Assembly (NCBI GenBank): GCA_964653475.1
Contig: CAZZFI010000002.1
Location: 1 to 35,042, forward strand
Origin: an uncultured Candidatus Saccharibacteria bacterium
GTDB taxonomy: Bacteria > Patescibacteriota > Dojkabacteria > B142 > OLB20
DNA length: 35,042 bases
Reading direction: 5' to 3'
Both the position numbers and the translations under genes were made by a program. Below, piece by piece: positions 1-8,650 of this stretch; within the stretch, counting starts at the first letter, position 1, and each line of letters begins with the position of its first letter. Below the pieces are notes generated by a model, which made no database searches, was not told the origin of the DNA, and saw nothing but the letters and a program-made list of their open reading frames with translations.

Positions 1-89
1 GAATATTAATCCTGCAGAGGTCCAGCAAGAGGGCTGGAAGGCGCGATGCTAGACAAGTTTAACAAGTAGGTATAGACTACAGGTTAATT

Positions 90-593
90 GTGAGCAAAGT
101 CATGAACAAAGCTGTATTAGTTCTCTTATGTGGGCTTCCTGGTTCGGGTAAAACTACTTTAGCAAAAAGACTTGAAGTTGAGCGTAATGGAGTTAGACTA
201 TGTGCTGATGAATGGATATACGATATTTTGGAAGACAAAAACGATATCCCTGAAATGGACAGACTCAGAAATCCTGTGGAAAAGTTGCTATGGATTCTTA
301 CCAAAAGACTACTAATTACCGGAGCTACTGTAATTTTAGAGAACGGGTTCTGGTCAAAATCAGAAAGAGAAGCTTACAGACAATCAGCGGAAAATCTAGG
401 AGCAGAAGTTGAGTTACACTATTTAGAAGTAGAATTAGAAGAACTTAAAAACAGGTTGAGTAAAAGAAACTTACAAAATCTACCCGGAACATTTGAGATC
501 CCTATGGAAAAGATAGAGGAGTGGTATGAGATGTTTGAGGCTCCTGACGAACGCGAGCTGAGTTTATACTCGAATTACAAACAGAGTAACTAG
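90..593 (+). CDS. P-loop NTPase / AAA_33-type (zeta-toxin-like) kinase
   Basis: Walker A motif GLPGSGKTTLAKRL lies near the N-terminus of a ~165-aa ORF. The track start is GTG at 90; ATG at 102 (MNKAVLVLL...) is an equally plausible start. Confidence 0.8.
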   Translation: MSKVMNKAVLVLLCGLPGSGKTTLAKRLEVERNGVRLCADEWIYDILEDKNDIPEMDRLRNPVEKLLWILTKRLLITGATVILENGFWSKSEREAYRQSAENLGAEVELHYLEVELEELKNRLSKRNLQNLPGTFEIPMEKIEEWYEMFEAPDERELSLYSNYKQSN

Positions 594-600
594 TTTGGTG

Positions 601-999
601 TTACAGAGATCCGATAATTAAACCCATCACTGCAAATACAATTGTATTGTATCCTGCATTAATCAACCAAAGCTTGAATGATTTTCCTTCAAACATGTAA
701 TTTACTCCAAAAGCAAGACCAACCCAGCGAAACCCAGCAGCGAGTCCTGCTGTCAATCCAAACTTCCAGTCAGAAGAAGTTCCGATAAAAGCCGCGAGGT
801 TAAAAGCCGTAATAACTTCAAGGATGAATGACCCAAGGAGCATCTTTCCTAGATTCGGAGTTTTTATATCCTCAGCCTTTTTTGAGTCCATCCCGATTTC
901 CTTTTGCCATACTTTTGAAAATACTACCGTGTACCACAAAAAGCCTAGGAAAAATGCCGAAATACTTGCTAATAGGACGGCGAGATAGTTTATGTCCAT
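601..999 (-). CDS. DUF1761-family small membrane protein
   Basis: 132-aa ORF with 4 hydrophobic segments. The N-terminus NYLAVLLASISAFFLGFLWYTVVFSKVW is typical of DUF1761. Confidence 0.7.
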   Translation of the reverse strand: MDINYLAVLLASISAFFLGFLWYTVVFSKVWQKEIGMDSKKAEDIKTPNLGKMLLGSFILEVITAFNLAAFIGTSSDWKFGLTAGLAAGFRWVGLAFGVNYMFEGKSFKLWLINAGYNTIVFAVMGLIIGSL

Positions 1000-1132
1000 A
1001 ATGGAATAGTAACAAAATTATAATTGATTTTATTCCTCTAAATATCTCATGTCAAAGAAAACCTAGGATGTTCGGCTTATCTAATGTAGAATATTAAATA
1101 CTTTCTATTTAATAATTCTTATAACAAAATCT

Positions 1133-1732
1133 ATGAAAGGTGCTGGAAATCCAATCCCAAAAGTTAAAATAGATAAAGATCTTACTACCGAAAGACAAGC
1201 AGAATTACTCAAATCTCTGAAAGAAAGATTTGAACAAAATATGGAAAGACATAAAGACTTAAACTGGTCGAAGATTCAGGAAAAGCTAGAGAAAAATAGA
1301 GACAGACTAATATCTCTATTTGCAATGGAGGAAACAGGAGGAGAACCAGACGTTGTTGGGTATGATGAAAAGGCAGAAGAGTACATTTTTTATGATTGTT
1401 CTCCCGAAACACCTTCAGGGAGAGTGAACACATGTTATGACGGAAAGGGAGAGCAGGAGAGAAACAAAAAAGGAGTATTTCCAGCAGGAAATGCAGTAGA
1501 TGCCGTAAAAGAAATGGGCATAGAACTCCTAACCGAGGAGGAGTATCGAGAGCTACAAGAACTTGGAGAATTTGACTTAAAAACATCGAGCTGGGTAAAA
1601 ACTCCTGATGACATCAGGAAGCTTGGAGGTGCGGTTTTCTGCGATAGGCGTTACGATACAGTTTTTCTTTATCACAATAGCGCCCCATCATTTTACAGCA
1701 ACAGAGGGTTTAGAGGGTTGTTGAGAGTATGA
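1133..1732 (+). CDS. DUF4256 domain protein
   Basis: Recalled family-typical strings are present: ETGGEPDVVGYD, YIFYDCS, TSSWVKTPDDIRKLGGA, GFRGLLRV. Confidence 0.75.
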   Translation: MKGAGNPIPKVKIDKDLTTERQAELLKSLKERFEQNMERHKDLNWSKIQEKLEKNRDRLISLFAMEETGGEPDVVGYDEKAEEYIFYDCSPETPSGRVNTCYDGKGEQERNKKGVFPAGNAVDAVKEMGIELLTEEEYRELQELGEFDLKTSSWVKTPDDIRKLGGAVFCDRRYDTVFLYHNSAPSFYSNRGFRGLLRV

Positions 1733-1859
1733 GGTTAATTATTTTCGTAATAACTTCTTCTTTCATAGAAAATTATAGCAAATATACGAATATTTCGATT
1801 GAATAGGAAAATAAATCAAAAGCTGGCTGTGGAGAAATTTATAAATGAAAACGACTCTC

Positions 1860-1868
1860 TGTTATAAT
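1860..1868 (+). promoter_or_regulatory. Putative extended -10 promoter element (TGnTATAAT)
   Basis: tgttataat lies 26 nt upstream of the ATG at 1894, in an AT-rich spacer. Confidence 0.35.
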
Positions 1869-1893
1869 AATTTATTAATTTAAGTTTATAATT

Positions 1894-2631
1894 ATGGAAT
1901 TAAGAAATAAAGTTGTTGTCATTACAGGATCATCAAGCGGAATCGGTAAGACCACAGCTATTAGATTTGCAAAAGAAGGTGCCAAGGTCGTAATCAACTA
2001 CAATGTGAACGAATCGGGGGGAAATGAAGCTTTAAAAGAAGTTCAGAAATATTCGGAGGGATTGTTGGTTCAGGCAGACGTTTCGAATCCTAAAGATGTG
2101 GAAAGGTTGTTTTCAGAAGTTGAAAAAAAGTTTGGAACAGTTCATATTTTAATTAACAATGCTGCTATCCCGAACGACCAAGTGCCATATCTGGAAGCAA
2201 GTTATGAAGACATCGTGGAGTTAGTGAATACTGATTTAATTGGACCTATGATTTGTACACAGCACGCCATCAAATATATGCAAAAGCAAGGATTTGGCAA
2301 AATTTTAAATACAAGCTCAATCCGAGGTGCGGAGCATGGGGGGAGATCGGTCGTTTATGCTGCTTCAAAAGCCGGGATAAATAGCTTCAGTAAAACGCTC
2401 GCTAAAATGGTCGCCCCCGATATTCAGGTTAATGCGGTGGCTCCGGGATTTGTCAAAACCAGAAATTATGACAACATGACTAAAGAGTTGATGGATACCT
2501 TTCTTGACCAAACTTATCTGAAACGCTGGGTCAGTGAGGAGGAAATCGCCGACGCATTCATTTTCCTGGCTGAAAATGATGCTATGACTGGTCAGGTGAT
2601 TTATGTTGATGCTGGGTTCACTCTAAAATAG
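1894..2631 (+). CDS. Short-chain dehydrogenase/reductase (FabG-like 3-oxoacyl reductase family)
   Basis: Has the TGSSSGIG cofactor motif, NNAA, the YAASK catalytic motif and a PGFV segment. 245 aa. Confidence 0.9.
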   Translation: MELRNKVVVITGSSSGIGKTTAIRFAKEGAKVVINYNVNESGGNEALKEVQKYSEGLLVQADVSNPKDVERLFSEVEKKFGTVHILINNAAIPNDQVPYLEASYEDIVELVNTDLIGPMICTQHAIKYMQKQGFGKILNTSSIRGAEHGGRSVVYAASKAGINSFSKTLAKMVAPDIQVNAVAPGFVKTRNYDNMTKELMDTFLDQTYLKRWVSEEEIADAFIFLAENDAMTGQVIYVDAGFTLK

Positions 2632-2668
2632 GAATAAATAATCTAAATTTATTCTAATCTTATCCACC

Positions 2669-3352
2669 ATGGATCAGAAAACGGCAGTTATCATCGGTGC
2701 AAACGGCGGAATAGGTTCAGCATTGATTGCCAATCTCGAAAAATCAGACTATGAGATAATACCGGTAGATTTGGAAGCAAGTATATCGTGTGATTTAACA
2801 GACTTTGATCAGATAAATCGAGCTGTTTCTGCAATAAAAAATAAAGCTGAGAAGATTGATCTTTTAGTAAATTCTGCAGGAGTTTCGCTATACAAAGACC
2901 TGGTTGATGCCACTGATCAGGATTTGCACAGAGCATTTATGGTAAATGTCATTGCTCCCGCGGTTTTTATCCGAGAACTATCTCCTTTGATGTCTCACGA
3001 TGGATCTTTGGTACTAAATATCGGCTCAGGTATGGGGATAACGCCTACAAAGGGGAGAAGTTTATACTGTTCAAGCAAGTTTGCTTTGCGTGGTCTTTCG
3101 CTAAGCTTGTCAGAAGAATACAAAGACAGATATCCAAAATTTTGTCTAATCACACTCGGTAGTACCATGACTAGTTTCGGAACTATGACAGTGGAAGATA
3201 AAAAGAAAGCATCAGAAGAAGGTAAAGCTTATTTCCCGGTAGAATGGGTTGCAGATAAACTCTTGGAGATAATAAATGATGAGAATCGAGAATCAGAAAT
3301 AACTCTTTTCCCCAGTGACCATGGTTTTGGAAGATGGGAAAAACCAGTTTAA
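2669..3352 (+). CDS. Short-chain dehydrogenase/reductase family protein
   Basis: Has the GANGGIGSA glycine-rich motif, NSAG and YCSSK (YxxxK). 227 aa. Confidence 0.85.
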   Translation: MDQKTAVIIGANGGIGSALIANLEKSDYEIIPVDLEASISCDLTDFDQINRAVSAIKNKAEKIDLLVNSAGVSLYKDLVDATDQDLHRAFMVNVIAPAVFIRELSPLMSHDGSLVLNIGSGMGITPTKGRSLYCSSKFALRGLSLSLSEEYKDRYPKFCLITLGSTMTSFGTMTVEDKKKASEEGKAYFPVEWVADKLLEIINDENRESEITLFPSDHGFGRWEKPV

Positions 3353-3356
3353 CATT

Positions 3357-3719
3357 ATGAATAGATTATCAAGCTGGTTAAAACTTCTTGAAGATGTCTG
3401 GAAGGGTAAAAGTCCAGAAAGGGTTGTCGAACTTTGTGCAGACTCTTTTTCCTGGTACGAGACACCTTTTAGTGAAGCAATTATAACTCGAGAAACCTTA
3501 ATTGAACAGTGGAACGATATTCTTTCCCAGGAAGATATTAGTTTGAATTTTGAAATTCTCGCCTATACAAACGGAACTGGGATCGTTCGCTGGAAAGCAA
3601 GCTTCAAAGATGCGAAATCTCTCGAGCAATATGTCTATGACGGGATTATGCAGATTACCCTTAATGATGAAGGTAAGTGTAAAAATTTCATTCAGTGGTT
3701 TAATAAAAAGGATATCTAG
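3357..3719 (+). CDS. Small NTF2/SnoaL-like fold protein (hypothetical)
   Basis: The ORF track begins at 3315 and overlaps the previous gene, so ATG at 3357 (MNRLSSWLK...) is the likely start. Size and W/Y-rich pattern fit an NTF2-like fold. The family call is tentative. Confidence 0.5.
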   Translation: MNRLSSWLKLLEDVWKGKSPERVVELCADSFSWYETPFSEAIITRETLIEQWNDILSQEDISLNFEILAYTNGTGIVRWKASFKDAKSLEQYVYDGIMQITLNDEGKCKNFIQWFNKKDI

Positions 3720-3827
3720 ATAATATATTGGAATAAACAGTATAATGAAGGCGAACTATTCTAGCCTTTGCTTGAGAGTCTAAACAACTATTTAACAAAA
3801 CCTGAGTATTATTTTTAAATTAATACT

Positions 3828-4403
3828 ATGAAGAATGCACTTATCCTTCACGGAACAAATGGTAGTTCAAAAGATAATTGCTTCCCCTGGCTCGGTATGG
3901 AACTTGAAAAAGAGGGGTGGAAAGTATTGGTTCCCGATCTTCCAGGAGCAGACAAACCTAACATCTCGAGATACAACGAATTCTTGCTAGGCAAGAGTGA
4001 CTGGGAGTTTAACGGTGAGAGCACACTAATCGGTCATTCGTCAGGTGCTGTTGCGATCTTGGGTCTGCTTGAGGCGTTACCCTCTAGTGTTCAAGTAGAT
4101 ACCTGTTATTTCGTCGGCGCTTTTAAAAATAATCTTGAATCGGATGCATTGGACGACCTCTATATTAAACCTTTTGATTTTAAATTAATAAAGAAGAAAG
4201 CAAAAAGGTTTGTATTTATTCATTCTGATAACGACCCCTACTGTCCTCTGGAACATGCAAAATATCTTTCTGAGAAGCTAGAGGGTGAACTGATAGTATT
4301 AGAAGGTCAGAAGCATTTTAGTGTAAGCACTTATGGGGATGAGTATCGAAAATTTCCGTTTTTGTTAGAAATGATTCAGAATATTAATTCGAAAGATTCT
4401 TAA
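3828..4403 (+). CDS. Alpha/beta serine hydrolase (YdeN/RBBP9-like)
   Basis: ILHG near the N-terminus, nucleophile elbow GHSSGA, a downstream DNDP and a distal H. 191 aa. Confidence 0.8.
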   Translation: MKNALILHGTNGSSKDNCFPWLGMELEKEGWKVLVPDLPGADKPNISRYNEFLLGKSDWEFNGESTLIGHSSGAVAILGLLEALPSSVQVDTCYFVGAFKNNLESDALDDLYIKPFDFKLIKKKAKRFVFIHSDNDPYCPLEHAKYLSEKLEGELIVLEGQKHFSVSTYGDEYRKFPFLLEMIQNINSKDS

Positions 4404-4988
4404 ATGAAAATCGAACGACCTCAATCAAAACAACCTATCCCTCCTCATGCAAAGCGGGTTTTTAAAGGTGTCATGTTTGATGTTTACCAGTGGGAACAGA
4501 AAATGTTTGATGGTACTACACAGATTTTTGAGAAGATTAAGCGACCAGATACGGTTATAACTTTTCCAGTGCTAGATAGCGGCAAAATTCTTCTAAATAG
4601 ACAAGAGCAACCGGGAAAGAAAACTTTTATAGGAGGTTTTGGAGGAAGAGTTGAAGAGGGGGAAAACATAATGAAGGCGGCAGAAAGAGAACTTAGAGAA
4701 GAAAGTGGTTATGAAACCGATAATTTTACTTTATGGAAGTCTTTACAACCATTGAGCAAAGTCGAGTGGGCAGTGTTTGTCTTTGTAGCAAGTGGTCTAA
4801 AGAAAGTTAGTGATCTATCCCTTGACTCTGGAGAAAAGATTGAGATCTTGGAAGTGGACTTTGATGAATTTCTGGAAATTGCTCTAAGTCCAGATTTTAG
4901 CGAGGTTGAGATATATCGTGATGTAGTTGACGCCGTAATGGACGAGAAAAAGAAAGAGGATCTGAAGAAATTGTTTGGGGTTAACTAA
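4404..4988 (+). CDS. NUDIX hydrolase
   Basis: Nudix box GGRVEEGENIMKAAERELREESGY. The start abuts the stop of the upstream gene. Confidence 0.9.
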   Translation: MKIERPQSKQPIPPHAKRVFKGVMFDVYQWEQKMFDGTTQIFEKIKRPDTVITFPVLDSGKILLNRQEQPGKKTFIGGFGGRVEEGENIMKAAERELREESGYETDNFTLWKSLQPLSKVEWAVFVFVASGLKKVSDLSLDSGEKIEILEVDFDEFLEIALSPDFSEVEIYRDVVDAVMDEKKKEDLKKLFGVN

Positions 4989-5218
4989 GGAGCTTGCCCG
5001 TATTGGCAAACTTTACCCATCAGGGGGCAATCGCGACAAATCTCTGAAACGATTGTCATAAGATACTCACCTCCCAGTCGTGATTCAGTGATAATTTTGA
5101 CCTTTTCTCCTCCGTCTAACTCACACCCTTTTGGTGTAGTTACATTAAACAGGTCAACGTTTATACGAACACCATTTTCAGTGTGTTCTACTGACTTGAT
5201 AACGCGCTTTTGGTACAT
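4985..5218 (-). CDS. Hypothetical small protein
   Basis: 77-aa ORF with an ATG start, co-oriented with the GreA-like gene. No recognisable motif. Confidence 0.4.
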   Translation of the reverse strand: MYQKRVIKSVEHTENGVRINVDLFNVTTPKGCELDGGEKVKIITESRLGGEYLMTIVSEICRDCPLMGKVCQYGQAP

Positions 5219-5255
5219 AAAGTCATTTTAACAGAAAAATATCGTTATTTTAAAC

Positions 5256-5525
5256 TCAATAAGGTTCCGTAGATAGGATTTTTACCTCATAGGTTACCTC
5301 AGCTTTTACAAGCACAGTGTCTCCTACATGAGCTCCTAACACGGCTTGAGCAAATGGAGTATGCTTAGAAATGGACACAACTCCCTCCGGACCTTTTTCC
5401 CCAAAATCTGATATGAAATAAGCTCCTATAGTAGGCAGCTCTTCTGGGAAATGCACTTCGACATGAACAGTCGATCCTAACTGTACACCTTCCTCTTCAA
5501 TTCCAATTTCAGGTGTCTCCTGCAA
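5256..5525 (-). CDS. GreA/GreB C-terminal-domain-like protein (stand-alone)
   Basis: VSISKHTPFAQAVLGAHVGDTVLVKA resembles the conserved IS..SP.G.AL.G...GD.V segment of the GreA C-terminal domain. At 89 aa there is no coiled-coil N-domain. Confidence 0.6.
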   Translation of the reverse strand: MQETPEIGIEEEGVQLGSTVHVEVHFPEELPTIGAYFISDFGEKGPEGVVSISKHTPFAQAVLGAHVGDTVLVKAEVTYEVKILSTEPY

Positions 5526-5623
5526 TTTTAGATATATTAAATGTGGTAAGTAACTATGGTTTCTTCTTGATTTAGATAACGTCAGTTTGCAAAACCTTCA
5601 CTTTTTTTGTTTATAATAATCTA

Positions 5624-5848
5624 ATGCGGATTAAGGTCAAAGTAAAACCAAACTCAAAACATCGAGAAGAAGTTGTTCTTCAACACGATGGGATCTTGGT
5701 TATCTACACAAAGTCTCCCGCAATTGATAATAAAGCAAATATCTCAGCGATAAGGTTATTGGCGAATTACTTTGGGGTGAGCAAATCACAGGTTGAGTTA
5801 ATCCAGGGAAACAAATCGAAGATTAAGATCTTTGAGATTGAGATGTGA
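5624..5848 (+). CDS. DUF167 (YggU-like) protein
   Basis: 74 aa. IKVKVKPNSK... followed by NKANISAIRLLANYFGVSKSQVELIQGNKSKIK matches the DUF167 pattern. Confidence 0.75.
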   Translation: MRIKVKVKPNSKHREEVVLQHDGILVIYTKSPAIDNKANISAIRLLANYFGVSKSQVELIQGNKSKIKIFEIEM

Positions 5849-5849
5849 A

Positions 5850-6380
5850 TTAACTTTTTCGTTTTTTCTTCAACTTTGAAAGTTTCTCTAACTTCGGTTC
5901 AATCACAAGTCTGCAGTATAGTTGATCTTTATTACGATTAAAGTAGTTTATGTGATAATCTTCCGCCACATAGAAATCTCGATATTCTGAAATCTTCGTA
6001 ACTATAGGAGCTTTAAATTCCTGTTTTTTATATATAGTCTTGATAAAATTCTCCGCTTCTTGTCTTTGATTTTCATCATGATAAAAAATCTCTGATCTAT
6101 ACTGAGTGCCAACATCATTACCCTGCCTGTTTAGTGTGGTTGGATCATGTGTCGCAAAAAAGACTTCAAGTAAATCTTGGTAACTTACTTTTTCGGGGTC
6201 AAACTCTATCCGGATTGCTTCGGCATGATGAGTTTCTCCAGTAGTTACTTGTTCATAGGTAGGGTTTGGAGTATTTCCACCAGAATAGCCAGGTGTGACT
6301 TTTATAACGCCATCTAGTCGTTGAAAAATTGCTTCTGTACACCAAAAACATCCTCCAGCGAAAGTTGCTAAGTCTGTAAT
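5850..6380 (-). CDS. msrA: Peptide-methionine (S)-S-oxide reductase MsrA, no canonical start codon
   Basis: I translated the minus strand by hand. The frame is uninterrupted from 6389 to the TAA stop at 5850-5852 and encodes ...ITDLATFAGGCFWCTEAIFQRLDGVIKVTPGYSGGNTPNPTYEQV..GETHHAEAIRIEFDP...THDPTTLNRQGNDVGTQYRSEIFY. The ORF track misses it because there is no ATG, GTG or TTG near the 5' end. ATT (6378-6380) sits where the ATG is expected. Confidence 0.85.
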   Translation of the reverse strand: MTDLATFAGGCFWCTEAIFQRLDGVIKVTPGYSGGNTPNPTYEQVTTGETHHAEAIRIEFDPEKVSYQDLLEVFFATHDPTTLNRQGNDVGTQYRSEIFYHDENQRQEAENFIKTIYKKQEFKAPIVTKISEYRDFYVAEDYHINYFNRNKDQLYCRLVIEPKLEKLSKLKKKRKS

Positions 6381-6436
6381 ATGAAGAAACTAATAGTTTA
6401 TATATCTATTTTAACAAATTGAGCAAATTCTTGTGT

Positions 6437-6885
6437 TTAAGTTAATGTTGCACTAAGTTCAGTCAAAAATTTATCAATCGTCTCTTGTGTTACATGAGGC
6501 ATAACAACAATGTGAGTGAATCCGTCTAATTTGTGTTTGGATACTTCATATTAAAAGAGAATAGCAGATAAACCATTTCTAGAACCTGAAATAGTGGTGT
6601 CTTTACAACCAATATACTGAACTGGTTGAGAAATCAAATCGACGTATTTCCTCTGTTTGTAATGTAACCCCAAGCCTTAGATGGTTTTATTTGATATAGT
6701 TCACAAAAAAAGTTGATGACTTCAAGTTCTTCTTCTCGTACGTTGATCGGATACTTATAGGACATATAGAGATCACCGATATTATTTATAGAGAGGTTAT
6801 AAAATTCTGTGAGCACAGAGTAATCATAATCAAGGTTTGCCAGCTTGCAGACAAAACTTACTCGAAGGGATTTATATTTTGCCAA
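6437..6885 (-). pseudogene. PLP-dependent (histidine-decarboxylase-like, group II) decarboxylase remnant
   Basis: The 83-aa N-terminal piece ends WGYITNRGNTSI*, close to the W/GY.T.GGTE.N motif. After a frame change the sequence reads ISQPVQYIGCKDTTISGSRNGLSAILF*, then ...HIVVMPHVTQETIDKFLTELSATLT*. The central ~170 aa, including the PLP-binding lysine region, is missing. Confidence 0.65.
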
Positions 6886-6979
6886 CTTGAGTTCTAGGCT
6901 TGTTGAGTTTATAGTTCAACTATAACTACTAAAGAATCGGACTATATACTAAATTTTCCTAGAGTACGAACAACTGCTT

Positions 6980-7855
6980 TTAGATCGTAAGTAAAATCAG
7001 TCCGATAAAACTCAACAAACCACCTATGATTTTCTTCCTGAGATCTTTGTATTCTTTCAAAAATACAACTCCAAGTATGACGACTAATATAGTAGATATT
7101 TGTCCAATTGACGAAACGAGAGAAGCATTGTCTGCCAATACAAATGCGTTGTAGAAAGTTAATGCGGAAACGGTATAGAGAAAAGTAAAAATAAGAATTT
7201 TCCAGATTCGATTATTTCGGAAAAATTCTGAGAATTCTAATACGGTTTTAGGTTTACTAAGCAACAGTAGAGTTCCAGGCAACAAAAATCCTATTGTCAT
7301 ATATGGGACCAACTCAAATGAATTTAAAATATACTTGTCATTAGCATTCCCTAGCCCAAAAACAATAGCCGCCAACAGAACATAAAGTTCTCCTTTCCCG
7401 AACACAAAAATTTCCTTTATCGATTTGGTATTAATTAAGACGATACTTAACAAAATCAATATTGCTCCGATAAACTGTGTGGCGTTTAAACCCTCTTTCA
7501 GGAAAACAGAAGCCACGAAAATTGTTACGACTGTTCTCAGAGAAAAAAGAACAATGAATTTTGAAATATCTACATATTTCAGAGATTTAAAACTGAGATA
7601 AGCATTGGTAGCAAAGCAAACTCCCGACAACAGCATAAATACATAGAGTTTATTCTGGATGATCACTTCAATTGTCGGGAAAGATAGGTTTTGGGTCAAT
7701 ACTGCATAAACTAGCACCATGACTCCTGAAAGTAGTTGCGTGAAAGCGGAGTATGCGAGGGGGTTTTTGTCCTCGTCTCTCATCAGAACTCTTTGAAGCA
7801 AAGCAGCTCCAGAGTAAGTTATGATCGAAATAAAAAGTACGAACATCCAATTCAT
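6980..7855 (-). CDS. EamA/DMT-superfamily transporter
   Basis: 291 aa with ~10 hydrophobic helices in two repeated halves. Confidence 0.8.
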   Translation of the reverse strand: MNWMFVLFISIITYSGAALLQRVLMRDEDKNPLAYSAFTQLLSGVMVLVYAVLTQNLSFPTIEVIIQNKLYVFMLLSGVCFATNAYLSFKSLKYVDISKFIVLFSLRTVVTIFVASVFLKEGLNATQFIGAILILLSIVLINTKSIKEIFVFGKGELYVLLAAIVFGLGNANDKYILNSFELVPYMTIGFLLPGTLLLLSKPKTVLEFSEFFRNNRIWKILIFTFLYTVSALTFYNAFVLADNASLVSSIGQISTILVVILGVVFLKEYKDLRKKIIGGLLSFIGLILLTI

Positions 7856-7919
7856 CTTATTTATGTTAAAAGATGGCTAATTATAGTTAATTATATGTAG
7901 TTTAGCTATAATTTACGAA

Positions 7920-8636
7920 ATGATTAATACTATGCAAACCACGCTTCAGATTCCAACCAAAGACAATCATCTGATCCACGGGACATTAAATAGTGCTGTG
8001 AAAACTGACAAACTCATAATATTTGCTCACGGTCTTAGCGGAAACCAACATGAACATCAGTACTACAACGCACCAGGTTTCTTCAATCCCAAGGGGTACG
8101 ACACTTTTCGGTTTGATTTTTATTCGCCTGCAGAGAAAGGTCGACAGATCAGCGAGTGTTCAATATCAGTCCATGTCGAAGACTTGGAGGAAGTCGTTTT
8201 GTATTTCCGTCACCAATATCCAAAGATTTATTTGATCGGTCACAGTATGGGATGTGCGGTTATCATGAATTCCGATACTACGAGTGTTGAGAAAATCATA
8301 CATTGGGATCCTACTAAAGGCATGAAATCACTACAACAGAAAAACATTACTTTTGATGAAAATGGTGGCTTGTATATCCTACACTGGGGATTAGAGCTTC
8401 AGATGAATCGAGAGTTTATAAATGACTGGAAAGAGGCATCAGATCTTGGAAAGCAAGTTGAGAAACTTACTCCAAACAGCCATTTCGTGTTTGCTGGCAA
8501 CTACAATATTTACCCTGCTTGGAAAGAATATCTTACAGATTATCCGATGGCAATCGTTCCAAATGCAACTCACCGATTTATCGAAGAAGGGACGTTGCAG
8601 AGACTTTATGAAGAGACGCTGAGGTTTCTTGAGTAA
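7920..8636 (+). CDS. Alpha/beta hydrolase
   Basis: Has a HG oxyanion segment (FAHGLSGN), the nucleophile elbow GHSMGC and a C-terminal ATH. 238 aa. An alternative ATG lies at 7932. Confidence 0.8.
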   Translation: MINTMQTTLQIPTKDNHLIHGTLNSAVKTDKLIIFAHGLSGNQHEHQYYNAPGFFNPKGYDTFRFDFYSPAEKGRQISECSISVHVEDLEEVVLYFRHQYPKIYLIGHSMGCAVIMNSDTTSVEKIIHWDPTKGMKSLQQKNITFDENGGLYILHWGLELQMNREFINDWKEASDLGKQVEKLTPNSHFVFAGNYNIYPAWKEYLTDYPMAIVPNATHRFIEEGTLQRLYEETLRFLE

Positions 8637-8650
8637 GTTGAATAAGAAAT

